Program-made: the position numbers and the translations under genes
NCBI GenBank assembly: GCA_964016885.1
Contig: OZ024742.1
Span: 298,096,001 to 298,160,000, forward strand
Source of the DNA: Eledone cirrhosa
Lineage: Eukaryota
DNA: 64,000 nt
Direction: 5' to 3'
The notes under the pieces: generated by a model
Seen by the model: only the letters and a program-made list of their open reading frames with translations
Database searches by the model: none
What the model was told of the DNA's origin: nothing
In this document: positions 14,277 to 26,950 of the stretch, in pieces
Layout: every line of letters starts with the position of its first letter
Numbering within the stretch: the first letter of the stretch is position 1

Positions 14277-14470
14277 TAACGGAGGAAATGTGGTAAGAAA
14301 CCAGGTGGACCATAACGCACCAAAGTACTCAATACTTAGGGTAGTAGAGTGGGTAATAGGAACGAGTAGGACCCCGACGGCTGAGCTCAAGCCGTTTCGA
14401 CGGCTAGTTCTGGACTGTCCAGAATTAGCCGTCGAAATGGCTTGAGCTCAGCCGTCAGGGTCCTACTCGT

Positions 14471-14471
<1 letters not shown>
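14277..14471. repeat. Family H2 element with 54-bp perfect-like fold-back (arms 14361-14414 / 14418-14471)
   Basis: Arms are reverse complements around a 3-nt loop; embedded in (TA)n; second copy at 57795-57989. Confidence 0.8.
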
Positions 14472-14540
<69 letters not shown>

Positions 14541-14558
14541 ATATATATACATATATAT

Positions 14559-14615
<57 letters not shown>

Positions 14616-14895
14616 TAAATATCTTTAAGTCGTTTGGAAGCCTCGACAATGCAAATGGGTAAATCTCCGGGTAACAAGATCCGGTGGTGGCGAGAGAGAT
14701 GTAAGTGGGTTTACGTTGAGATGCGTGGTGTGTATAAGACGTGTAGAGGAATGAAGGAAAGTGTATAAAGGATAAAATTAAAATAACAACACGAAGAGAG
14801 TTACCTTGGGAGAGATTTAATTGTCCCTATATATTTTGGATTCACATCCATGAACTGGGGTTTTTTTCCGAGGTGGGGGAAAGGTTGTCTGTCGG

Positions 14896-14972
14896 AAAGG
14901 TGCGAAACGCGTCCTCCGCTGTTTGTTGTTTATTCAAAACAACAAACAGCGGAGGACGCGTTTCGCACCTTT
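14896..14972. repeat. 36-bp inverted repeat containing GAAACGCGTC
   Basis: AAAGGTGCGAAACGCGTCCTCCGCTGTTTGTTGTTT and its reverse complement separated by 5 nt. Confidence 0.8.
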
Positions 14973-15007
14973 TATTCCACAATGCTTCAAGCAAACTTCA
15001 ATACTCT

Positions 15008-15065
<58 letters not shown>

Positions 15066-15202
15066 TATATTAGAAAGTGAGGTTTTTTTTACAAAATGAA
15101 AAATAACCGAGGTGTCCTACACGAGTGAAAGTATAAAGAAAAAAAGATGAAATCGAAAATGCAACTGGAGTCTTTTTTAAAAAAATATATATATTTATTT
15201 GG

Positions 15203-15342
15203 TTCCTTTACCGGTTTCGCAGTTCTTCTGCTTTTCAAAAGTAGAGTTGAGATGGAGGGTCTGTCGTTTTTCTCACATCTGAAAAGTGAGAAAAACACTA
15301 ACCCTCCATCTCAACTCTACTTTTGAAAAGCAGAAGATCTGC
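15203..15342. repeat. Fold-back palindrome overlapping a degenerate hammerhead motif (minus strand 15203-15244)
   Basis: Arms ~15219-15276 / ~15286-15342; minus strand reads TTGAAAA-GCAG aagaa CTGC-GAAA-CCGG-TA followed by AATAAA. Confidence 0.65.
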
Positions 15343-15361
15343 TATATATATATACATATAT

Positions 15362-15546
<185 letters not shown>

Positions 15547-15549
15547 AAC

Positions 15550-15582
<33 letters not shown>

Positions 15583-15623
15583 TACATATATATATATACA
15601 TATATATATATACATATATATAT

Positions 15624-15697
15624 ATATTGTTATACTTGAGGAGGGTCATATTTGTGTAATTTTACACAAATATGACCCTCCCCAAGTATAACAATAT
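15624..15697. repeat. Hairpin palindrome inside (TA)n
   Basis: ATATTGTTATACTTGAGGAGGGTCATATTTGTGTAA / TTACACAAATATGACCCTCCCCAAGTATAACAATAT. Confidence 0.8.
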
Positions 15698-15763
15698 TTG
15701 TTTCGACACACGATTTTATATAAAAAACCTCGCAAAACTAATTCATTGCCGTTACATATATAA

Positions 15764-15904
<141 letters not shown>

Positions 15905-15942
15905 CATATATACACATATATATATATATATATATACACATA

Positions 15943-15982
<40 letters not shown>

Positions 15983-15983
15983 C

Positions 15984-17372
<1,389 letters not shown>

Positions 17373-17373
17373 A

Positions 17374-17747
17374 CCACATGGTGTAGTGGTTAGAGCATTG
17401 GGCTTGCAATCAAAAGGTTGTAAGTTCAATTCTCAGACCGGGTGATGGGTTGTTTCCTAGAGTAAGACACTTTATTTCACATTGCTCCAGTTTACTCAGC
17501 TGTAGAAATGAGATGATAGGACTGGGGTCCCTATCATTCCACTGCAAAGTGGTCGTGGAGGTACCACGGCAAAAAAAGCACCCAGCCCACACTGTAAAGT
17601 GGATGTGTACGTGCCTTGGAAAAAAGCACCCAGTACTCACTGTAAATGAGGTTGGTGTTAGGAAGGGCATCCAGCTGTAGAAATCAAGCCGGAATCATTT
17701 CCCGTCCCACCTTTGCAAGCAGGGAAAAGTGGACGTAAAATGATGAT
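17374..17747 (+). mobile_element. CORE-like SINE (two ~48-bp units)
   Basis: TGGTGTAGTGGTTAGAGC A box, AAGTTCAATTC B box, CORE-like centre, RTE-B-like tail GGACGTAAAATGATGAT. Confidence 0.85.
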
Positions 17748-17767
17748 TATATATATATATATGTTAT

Positions 17768-19448
17768 ATCATCATCATCATCATCATCAACGTTTAACGT
17801 CCGTGTTCCACGCTTGCATGGGTTTGGACGGGGGTATTCCCACTTGAGGCAAGAGTAATTGTCTTGCTCGCATAGGACTGTCTGGCAGGTTTTCTACAGT
17901 TGGATGCCCTTCCTAACCCCAACCACATTTACAGTGTGGGACTGGGAGGTTTTTACCGTGTTGCCTACACGGCCACATTACAGCGTGGACTGTGTGTTTT
18001 TTTGTCGTGACACCTACACAATCTCATTTGTTTCGGCGTGGATGTTGTGGCACCAACATAACTTTACATAGGAGGGGGTGGTGTGGATGGGGTGTGGGTG
18101 GTGGGACGGGGATGTATTTTGTTAGAGATGCCTACTGGCTGTAGTATTTAGATAAGGCGGGTCTTCTCTATTACTGAGCACCGCCCACATGTAAAATCTA
18201 AGTTCTTAGTTAGCTTACCTGTGATCCCACTACATCTTTTATGCACCCATACTTTGCATTTGGGACATAAAATGGAGTTTCTACCTACGCCTTTCCTACA
18301 CACTGAGCATGGCCATTTCCCGGAAGGGACCGCCGCCTTATTTTCTTTCCTACAAACTAGAACTTTAGTCTTAGCCAGGTTAACTTTAAGGCCTTTTGAT
18401 TCTAGGCCGTGCTTCCATGTTTGGAATTTCTTCTCTAGCTCGGCCATTGATTCAGCTATGAGTGTCAGGTCGTCTGCGTATAGGAGTTCCCATGGGCAGC
18501 CGGTCTTGAACTCCTCTGTTATAGCCTGAAGGGCAATAATAAATAGTAGGGGGCTGAGAACAGAGCCCTGATGGACGCCAACTTTTACGCTAAACTCTTC
18601 ACTATATTCGTTGTTAATTCTAACCTTGCTGACTGTTTCTTTATACATGGCTTGTATAGCTCTCACAAGCCATTCATCGACACCTTTTTTCTAAGGGCCC
18701 ACCAGATAATGGAATGGGGGACTCTGTCGAAGGCTTTCTCCAAGTCGACAAAAGCTAAGTAGAGGGGTTTACCTTTAGCTAGGTACTTCTCCTGTAGTTG
18801 ACGTACAATGAAAAGAGCGTCTGTGGTACTTTTGCCTGACACAAACCCGAACTGCATTTCATCTAGGTCAATTCTCTCTCTGATTAGTTGCGCTATTACT
18901 TTTTCTGTGACCTTCATGACCTGGTCGATTAGTTTAATACTCTATAGTTACTCATATCTAGGGCATCTCCTTTACCCTTATAACAGTTAACGATGATGCT
19001 GCTATGCCAGTCCTTCTGAACAACCCCATTCTGTACGACTTGGTTAACTATCCGGGTGACCAAGGTGTGTCCCACCGAGCCAGATGCCTTCAGCATCTCA
19101 GCAACTATTTCCAAAGGCCCAGCCGCCTTACCCGTCTTCATATCCTTGATTGCCTTACTTATTATACTACCCTCGACTAACACTGCTGGTCTCTCTATTG
19201 GGTCGATGTGGGGGAGACTGTCTTTCTCCCATTTATTCTCCTCATTTAGTAGCCTTTCATAGTGGCACTTCCAAGCTACCTTCTTATCAGCGTCGGTGAT
19301 GGCAAGTACGCCGTCATCATTAAGTACACACTTCTCCCCGACAATATCACGGTTTTCCTTGACACATTGCCTAGCAATCCTGAACACCTCACATTTTTGG
19401 TCCTCGCGTTGTAGAACATGCTTGAAATTTCTTTCCTCTGCTTCCCTT
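17768..19448 (-). mobile_element. RTE family A with ~624-bp internal deletion and frameshifts
   Basis: ORF pieces 18929-19387, 18663-18917, 18148-18666 (YADD); TCGRC joined directly to SVIEKTRL at ~18178. Confidence 0.92.
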
Positions 19449-19823
19449 ATATTATATACATATATATTATATATATATTATATATATATATTTATATTTT
19501 ATAATTATTATTAGGGTAAACATTGATGCAATTCAATTCAAGCACTCAACGTACTTTTTCCACATAGGAGTGACGGAGTAAATATCGAATAAGGAAAAGC
19601 GAAGTAGTTTCAGATGTACATGTCCTTAAATAATAATGCTCTGATATATATTTCAATGATGACACTGGCCACACTGTTCTGTGTGCGAGTGTCGTGTCAT
19701 CATCAGACAGCTTGTTACATAATAAGGTTATGTTTCCGAGGCAATCCAAATTGAATCGACATGGGAACGGATGAAGTTTGTGCTTTTGGGTTTTTCATCC
19801 GAAACAACCTTATTATGTAACAA

Positions 19824-19897
19824 GCTGTCTGATGATGACACGACACTCGCACACAGAACAGTGTGGCCAGTGTCGTCATTGAAATATATATCACAGC
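19824..19897 (+). ncRNA. Putative type I hammerhead ribozyme
   Basis: Stem I GCTGT/ACAGC, core CTGATGA, long stem II (TGAC..GACACT/AGTGTCGTCA), GAAA, palindromic minimal stem III TATATA, triplet AUC; stem II base is imperfect. Mirror copy on minus strand at 19638-19711. Confidence 0.6.
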
Positions 19898-19906
19898 ATT
19901 ATTATT

Positions 19907-20095
19907 GGTGGATTGGCAGTATCGGTAGAGAGTCGGACGTCATGCTTTCCAGCATAGTTACGTCCCTTTACGATCTGAGTTCAAATCCCGCGAGGTTGAC
20001 TTTGCCTTTCATCCTTACGGGGTCGATAAAATAAAGTACCAGTAATGCACTGGGTAATTGTTGGCCTTGTGCCTAAAATAGAAACAATTATTATT
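19907..20095 (+). mobile_element. SINE family 2, full length
   Basis: GGTGGATTGGCAGTATCGGTAGAG...GAGTTCAAATCCC...AGAAACAATTATTATT; ATTATTATT duplicated at 19898-19906 and 20087-20095. Confidence 0.85.
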
Positions 20096-22304
20096 AAAAG
20101 ACTTGAACATCTGAAACTACTTCGCTTTTCCTTATTCTATATATATTTTATATATATATATATATATTATATATAACAACATAAAGTATTGCTCTCTGAA
20201 ACCCATATCTAAGCATTAAAATATACTACACTCTTAGCACACATGGGCATGACTAAGAACATAATACAAAATTACTTTAAGTATAAATTATAATATCAAG
20301 TTAAAGTGAAGATGCATAGTGTTGTATATTTTTAATATCAAGATGCCTGATAATGTACTTAAAAATTGTCATGCTAAAATTGCTGTATATATTTTCATGT
20401 TCAGAATATAAAAATTCATATTTTTTATTGTGTCATATTATGTTGATTAGCATTCCCTTTTTCATTTGCTTTCCACACTGTCATAGGTTGGACAGGGCGT
20501 AACAGTCTAAGAGACATCATCTTGTTCATATATTCCATATTTGGCATGATTTCTACATCTGGATGCCCTTCCTAATGCCAACCTTATTAGAGGTTGTACT
20601 TGGTATGTTTTTTCATGGCACCACCACCACCACTTTACAAAGTGTACTAGGTGTATTGTTTTCTGAGGTAAAGACACTAACACTTTACAGGTTTTACAGC
20701 TGTTCAAACACAAGCATCATATATTATGTTACATAATTTTAAATGAAATCAAGTTTTCCTGTTTTAGACTTGAAAATGTTTCCGACAAAGCATTGAAGGA
20801 ACAGAATGTATAGAAACAAAATCAAAAGAAATAAAGGCAGACTCCATTGAATGATGAGTTCAGAGAAAAACTAGATATAAGAAGTATAAGACACAGTGTG
20901 TAAGAGAAAAGAATACATTGATATGGAAATGTAATGCATTATGGATGAAAATAGTGTGGTAAAGAAATAAGAGGAAGAGGAAGACATAATTTGTGAATGC
21001 TGACAAAGGAGACGACAAATGGTAAGATGCTCTTTTGGATAGGATTCATTTTACCCATACAAGCCTGGGTAAGATGAATATGATGAGGATGATGATGAAA
21101 GAAAAATTGCAGGATAGTGCTAACCTCTTGGGTCATTGCTGAATAAATAGATCTGTCATCATCATTTTTACCTCTAATTTTTCATACTGGCATGGATTTT
21201 ATGGAATTTTTTGAAGAAACATTTTATAGCAAATTGTCATTTCTGACACTATCTTTTAACCCTTTAGCATTGAAACCGGCTGTATACTGTGAGAATCATC
21301 TCAACTTTTTCTGTTGAAACCGGCCATAACTGGCTACTCATATTTATGTTAAGGTAGATTTGATATTATGTGAGATATAGTTTTGTGAGATAAAGCCTTT
21401 ACTGTAAAAATATAATTGTAAATATGCATGCATGGTCCCACAACTTCTGATGGAGTCATAGGGGCGCTGTATTGATATACAGTGTTTCTTAGCCATTTTA
21501 AGCCTGGCAGAACCCATTCCCCTCCGGCCTGAGTATAGCAGATTTCTCCCAGAGAAAGATAGAAAGTGAGAAAGAGGAAATGAGAACGAGACATAGAGGA
21601 AGAATCGACCCCAATACTAGACTGGTATTTTTTTAAAGACCTTGAACGGATGAAAGGCAAAGTTGACCTCGACAGTATTTGAAATCAGAGCGCAGAGAGA
21701 CAGAACCAATATCGCAAAGCATTCTATCTAACGTTCTAATGGCTCTGCTAATTTACTGCCCTAATAGTAAATATAGAGTAATGTAAATGCTAAATCACCT
21801 CTTAAAGCATGCAGGAATATATTTTATCTATTCTAAATGTTTCCCTGTGTCACTTAATGATCTTGTCTATATAACTAAATGCATGTAAATTACAGAGACT
21901 GAGGAAAGAAGCCAACAACAAAACCATTAATTTTATCTTTTTACTTTTAATAGGATAAATTTTATTGAAACCATGGATATTTCTCTCCCACTCTCTTTCT
22001 GAATTAAAAGTTAAAATGGGATAATTTGATGATATATTGGATATTTGAAAAACAAAATAACTATAGTAATAAAAATGAATAATTTAGAGGAATAAGAATT
22101 AATTAACTCTAGATTAAATGTTTATATATAACAATTGAAAATTTAATGTATATTCTAAGAACATGTTTAATTGCATAGCTCTTAAGAATCTGTTGAAGTT
22201 TAATCTACGGAAGTGATGCATTAGGATATAATACCAAGCATCATGAAGCATTAATTTTATTTTTATATTTTCTGAAACCAGCATCAACCAACAATATATA
22301 TATA

Positions 22305-22381
<77 letters not shown>

Positions 22382-22424
22382 CATACATACATATATATAT
22401 ACATACATACATACATATATATAC

Positions 22425-22459
<35 letters not shown>

Positions 22460-22644
22460 AATACATACATACATATATATATATACATATATATATATAC
22501 ATACATATACACACATGCATACATACATACATATATCTATATATACATACATGCATACATACATATATTTATATATACATACATGCACACATACATATAT
22601 CTATATATACAAACATGCATACATATATATACATACTTACAATA

Positions 22645-22790
22645 TAAGATCAAAAGATGGTTAAAAGAGTTCCATGTATTTTATTATGCGCATTTCAAAA
22701 ACAAATATCATCATGAGATAACATTTGCGTTTTCGTCAGATAAAATAGGGAGACATGATATGAAGGTTAAAAAACACTTGTGAATAGTGT
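22645..22790 (-). mobile_element. Short hammerhead-bearing element (family H1) inside (TA)n
   Basis: Sequence recurs at 60389-60543 (as a palindrome) and 63847-63912 (truncated); right boundary approximate. Confidence 0.65.
22677..22747 (-). ncRNA. Apparently intact type I hammerhead ribozyme
   Basis: Minus strand: TATTTTAT-CTGACGA-AAACGCAAATGTTATC-tcat-GATGATATTTGTTTTT-GAAA-TGCGCA-TA-ATAAAATA: 8-bp stem I, consensus CUGANGA and GAAA, ~15-bp stem II, palindromic stem III, AUA triplet. Confidence 0.8.
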
Positions 22791-22885
22791 AGTTTTAAAT
22801 CAACATATATATACATACTTATATATACATACACACATATATACATATATATGCATATATACATATATAGGCATATACATAGATA

Positions 22886-22986
<101 letters not shown>

Positions 22987-23237
22987 ATATATATATGTAT
23001 ATATAGAGAGAGATACAGGAAGATGTGGGGGGGGGGGGAGAATGTGAAAGTGAAAAGAAATACTTTAACATTATGAGTATAATTTCACCAGACAGTTTTT
23101 TGATTCATATATTTTATTCATATTTTTAAATGACTGATGATAAAATAACTGCACATAAGCTAATTGCACAGTCAGTTAAATTTTTATATCTCAAAATGCA
23201 CCAGTATTGCTTCACTTACAGTAGCAGCTATAGTGAC

Positions 23238-23635
23238 TGCAACAACTACAACAGCAACAACTTCTGCATCACCTACAACAGCAGCAGCAGTAACAATAAC
23301 TATAACACTACAATTAACACCATCAACACCACCACCACCACCACCACCACCACTGCTGCACTACCACCGCCACCTTCTCAACCACAACAACCACCACCTT
23401 CACCACCACAATCACCACCACCACCTTCATTATCAGCACCACAACCACCACACCACAACCACCACACCACCACTTTCACCACAACCACCACACCACCACT
23501 TTCACAACCACCACACCAACAATACCACCACCACTGTCACCACCAACAACAACACCACCACCACAACCACCACTGCCACCACCTTCACCACAACCACCAC
23601 ACCAACACCACCACCAACAACACCACCACCACCAA
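23238..23635. repeat. Compound (CAA/CAC/CAG)n low-complexity tract
   Basis: Direct inspection. Confidence 0.9.
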
Positions 23636-23805
23636 TATAACAAAACTATAAAGAAGGAACTTTAGTAATTTAAAATGCTATAAATTACAATTTTTGTTAT
23701 ATGAAGTTGTGAAAGAAAAACATATAAATATAAATAAGATCAATATAAATTAGATCATGTTTAAGATATTGATTTGAGACAAAACCAAAATAACAATAAT
23801 AATAA

Positions 23806-23911
23806 TAATTGTTTCTACTTTTGGCACAAGGCCAGCAAATACCCAGTGTATTACTGGTACTTTATTTTATCGACCCCGTAAGGATGAAAGGCAAAGTTAA
23901 CCTCGGCGGGA
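23806..23911 (-). mobile_element. SINE family 2, 5'-truncated
   Basis: Matches 8106-8211. Confidence 0.8.
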
Positions 23912-23924
23912 AATAATAATAATA

Positions 23925-23955
<31 letters not shown>

Positions 23956-23987
23956 GGATGATGATGGTGGTGGTGATGGTGGTGGTG

Positions 23988-24054
<67 letters not shown>

Positions 24055-24061
24055 CAGCAAC

Positions 24062-24093
<32 letters not shown>

Positions 24094-24338
24094 CAGCAGC
24101 AGCAGCAGTAGTTGTAGTAGTAGCAACAGCAGTAGTAGTAGCAACAGCAGTAGTAGTAGTAGTGGCAGTAGTAGTAGTAATGGTGGTGGTGGTGGTGGTG
24201 GTAGTAGTAGTAGTAGTAGTAACAGTAGTAACAGTAGTTATCTTGGTGGTGACAGCATCAACAGCAGCACGGCGGTAGTGGTGGTGTTGGTAGTAGTAGT
24301 AGTAATACTAGCAGCAACAGTAATAGTAGTAGTAGTAA
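23912..24338. repeat. Compound (AAT)(GAT)(GGT)(AGT)(AGC)n microsatellite
   Basis: Direct inspection. Confidence 0.9.
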
Positions 24339-25674
24339 TTATAACAATGATTCTTTTTTTATTAGCCAGAAGGGCCCATGATTTTGGGGACAATTCAAAG
24401 ATGAAAACAACACAGAGTGGGTTTAACTTGGGTAAACCATTAATCTGACCCCTCACAGATATGTATTAAAAGAGCCCTTTTCCAGTTTCTTTTCTTCTAC
24501 TTAGAAAACCATAGTCAGAGTAGGCCAATTGAGCCTCTTTAAACTCACTACCCTCATGTATCTTTCATAAAAAATAAAAAAATAACAGAACCAGAAAGTG
24601 TCATATAATAAAAAGATAATGCAAAGATTTAACCTAAAAGGAATAACTATTGATTTCAAATCTGTTGAAATAGGAAATACATTGTAAGATTTCCACTTCC
24701 AAACAGAAGCTGAGTATCATATATTGGGCTTACAATTTCAACATTGATATTTCCAAAACTAAAACACTATTCTGCTATTTGGTTTTTGTATAGCTTTTGC
24801 ACTGTTTCTCTGAAATGCACTTGCCAATATATTTTTATATGTATTTTGATTTTGGTACATATTTTATTTAAACACTCATAAATTTCATGAGAGAGCGAGG
24901 TGGGGAGAGGAAAATGAGAGAACTTGGGAAAGAGGAAAAATAGAATGGGAGAGAGACAGAGGGAGAAAGAGGGAGATAAAAAAACGATAGAGAGTGAAAA
25001 AATGAAAGTGAGAGAGATGGAAAAAGATAGGCATGAAAAGAAAATGAAAGAGAGGGGTGTAGAGATAGTGTAAGTTTTATATTTCTAATCTTAATGATTG
25101 TCATGTTTTGATTCTGCTTTAGAATTTGTAAAAAAGCCAAAAAGAAAAAAAGAAAAAAAAACAATATTTTGGTCTTATTTGTCAAAATGTTATCAATGAT
25201 TAAATAATAATAAAGAGATTTAAAGTTCAATTATAATTATTTTTTCAGATAAGTAGGAAAGAACGATGAGAATGAATATAATGATGATAATGATTATGGT
25301 AGGAATGAAAATGTTGAGGGTGATGATGATGATGCTAACGATGACGATGAAGATTGTAAAAATAATGACTATGACAATGATGATGATACTATATAAAAGA
25401 TAAATGGACTTCCATCAAAAGACACATTATGTGGCGAGGCTAGATATTGGAATAATTATAGGTACAGTCCATCAGATGGGCTTTCACACAGTTTCCATGT
25501 ACCCAATATCACTCAAAAGGCTTGAGTCAATCAAAACACTTGCTCAAGATACCACACAGTTGGATCAGTCTTGGAATCTCATGATTGCAAAGTGAACCTC
25601 TTAATGATTCAGTCATTTTGTATCCCCCTGATGAAGAAGACATTTATTGTGCAACAAAAACTCTCCGTTCATGC

Positions 25675-26040
25675 TAAAATGGTGGTGGTGCTGGTGTCAC
25701 AATAAAATCTAGCCAGTACACTCTGTAAAAAGGTAGTGCTGAGGCCATGATAAAATACACCCAGTACGCGAAGTAATATAATAGTGCTAGTGCCTTGATA
25801 AAAATAACCTCAATAGAATGCCCCAAGTGGTAGTTCTGGTGCTATGATAAAATGCACCTGGTACAGTCTGTAAAATGATTGGCATTAAGAAGAGCATATG
25901 GCCTTTGAAAGCATGCCAAAATATGAACATGCAAATAAGGCTTGGTATCCTAACCATCTTGTCTCAGATAGTGATAACCTGTCCAACCCATGCTGGCATA
26001 GAAAGTGAACATAAGGACATAAAATAATGATGGTGATGAG
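25675..26040 (+). repeat. Old RTE-3'UTR-like element with about four ~48-bp units
   Basis: Same unit and terminal GGCATTAAGAAGAGCAT...CCAACCCATGCT...ATGATG as 7770-8468; similar copies at 32135-32460, 52735-52960 and 56440-56670. Confidence 0.6.
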
Positions 26041-26519
26041 ATTATAATGATTATTCTACTTCTATGTTTATCAAACTTTCAGAGTGACATTAGATAACTG
26101 CTTAGATAACTGTTTAGATGGACACACCATCTCAGGTATAGAAACTGACATTCTTAGACTGTTAAAAGAACAGTTGTCAATTTCACTTTGATGGTAATTA
26201 GTTGTACATTTCATATTTTGAAATCATAATTCTCTATAATTGTGGCTAATTAGTGTAGAGGAAAGAAGCAAAGAAATTACTTGTCACTCACTGAAAGATG
26301 TCAAGCAAGTTTGAAATTGCCAAAATGTTTTATACTTTAGCAAATAAGTACCAGAATTTTTAAGTGTATGTAATCTTTAATTGATGGCTTTGATGATAAA
26401 CATTTAGTTGTTTGATCATCTGAACATCAAACTCATGAATTAATGTATACATGCTTGAGTATTCCACAGATATGTGAATCTAGCCTTTCATTTACATTTT
26501 TTGAATGAAAAACACTGTC

Positions 26520-26950
26520 TCATCATCATCATCATCGTTTTTATGTCTGCTTTTCCACACTTGCATGGGTTAGGTGGGTCCTTCTAAGCACAACATATCT
26601 CCATACATCATGATTTTTTGTCATAATCTCTGTGAGTCTCAGTGATTTGAGGTCAGCTCTTACAACTGCTGCCCAGGTCTTTCTTTGTCTACCTTTACTA
26701 CGACTTCCTTCCAGGCATTTCCTGGCACTTCTTTACCCAACGATCATTGTCCATATGCAACGCATGTCCAAACCATCCAAACCAACACAGTCTTCTCTCC
26801 TGCACACCATCTTAGATTCCTCTTAAAACCAGCTTCTCCCTGAACTTGTTCAAGCTTTGCCTTTCTCTCACACTTACATTGCACATCCAACAGAGCATGG
26901 TTGCTTCATTTCTCTCCAGTCTACACATGTCCTCTGCAGTCATAGCCCTA
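26520..26950 (-). mobile_element. Old degraded RTE 3' end
   Basis: Minus strand encodes EDMCRLERNEATMLCWMCNVSVRERQS-like sequence and ends in (GAT)n; similar remnant at 44013-44290. Confidence 0.7.

Larger units (their letters stand above)
19587..20137. repeat. Inverted repeat of a hammerhead-bearing element (family H3); right arm split by a SINE
   Basis: Left arm 19587-19737 is the reverse complement of 19800-19906 plus 20096-20137. Confidence 0.8.

Noticed and set aside
13534-14313. Long antisense ORFs over RTE copies (also 35646-36092, 61031-61972)
   Set aside because: Shadow frames of the RT coding strand.
23130-24456. Poly-T/P/H/L/V ORFs
   Set aside because: Compound trinucleotide repeats open in several frames on both strands; no splice context or domain.
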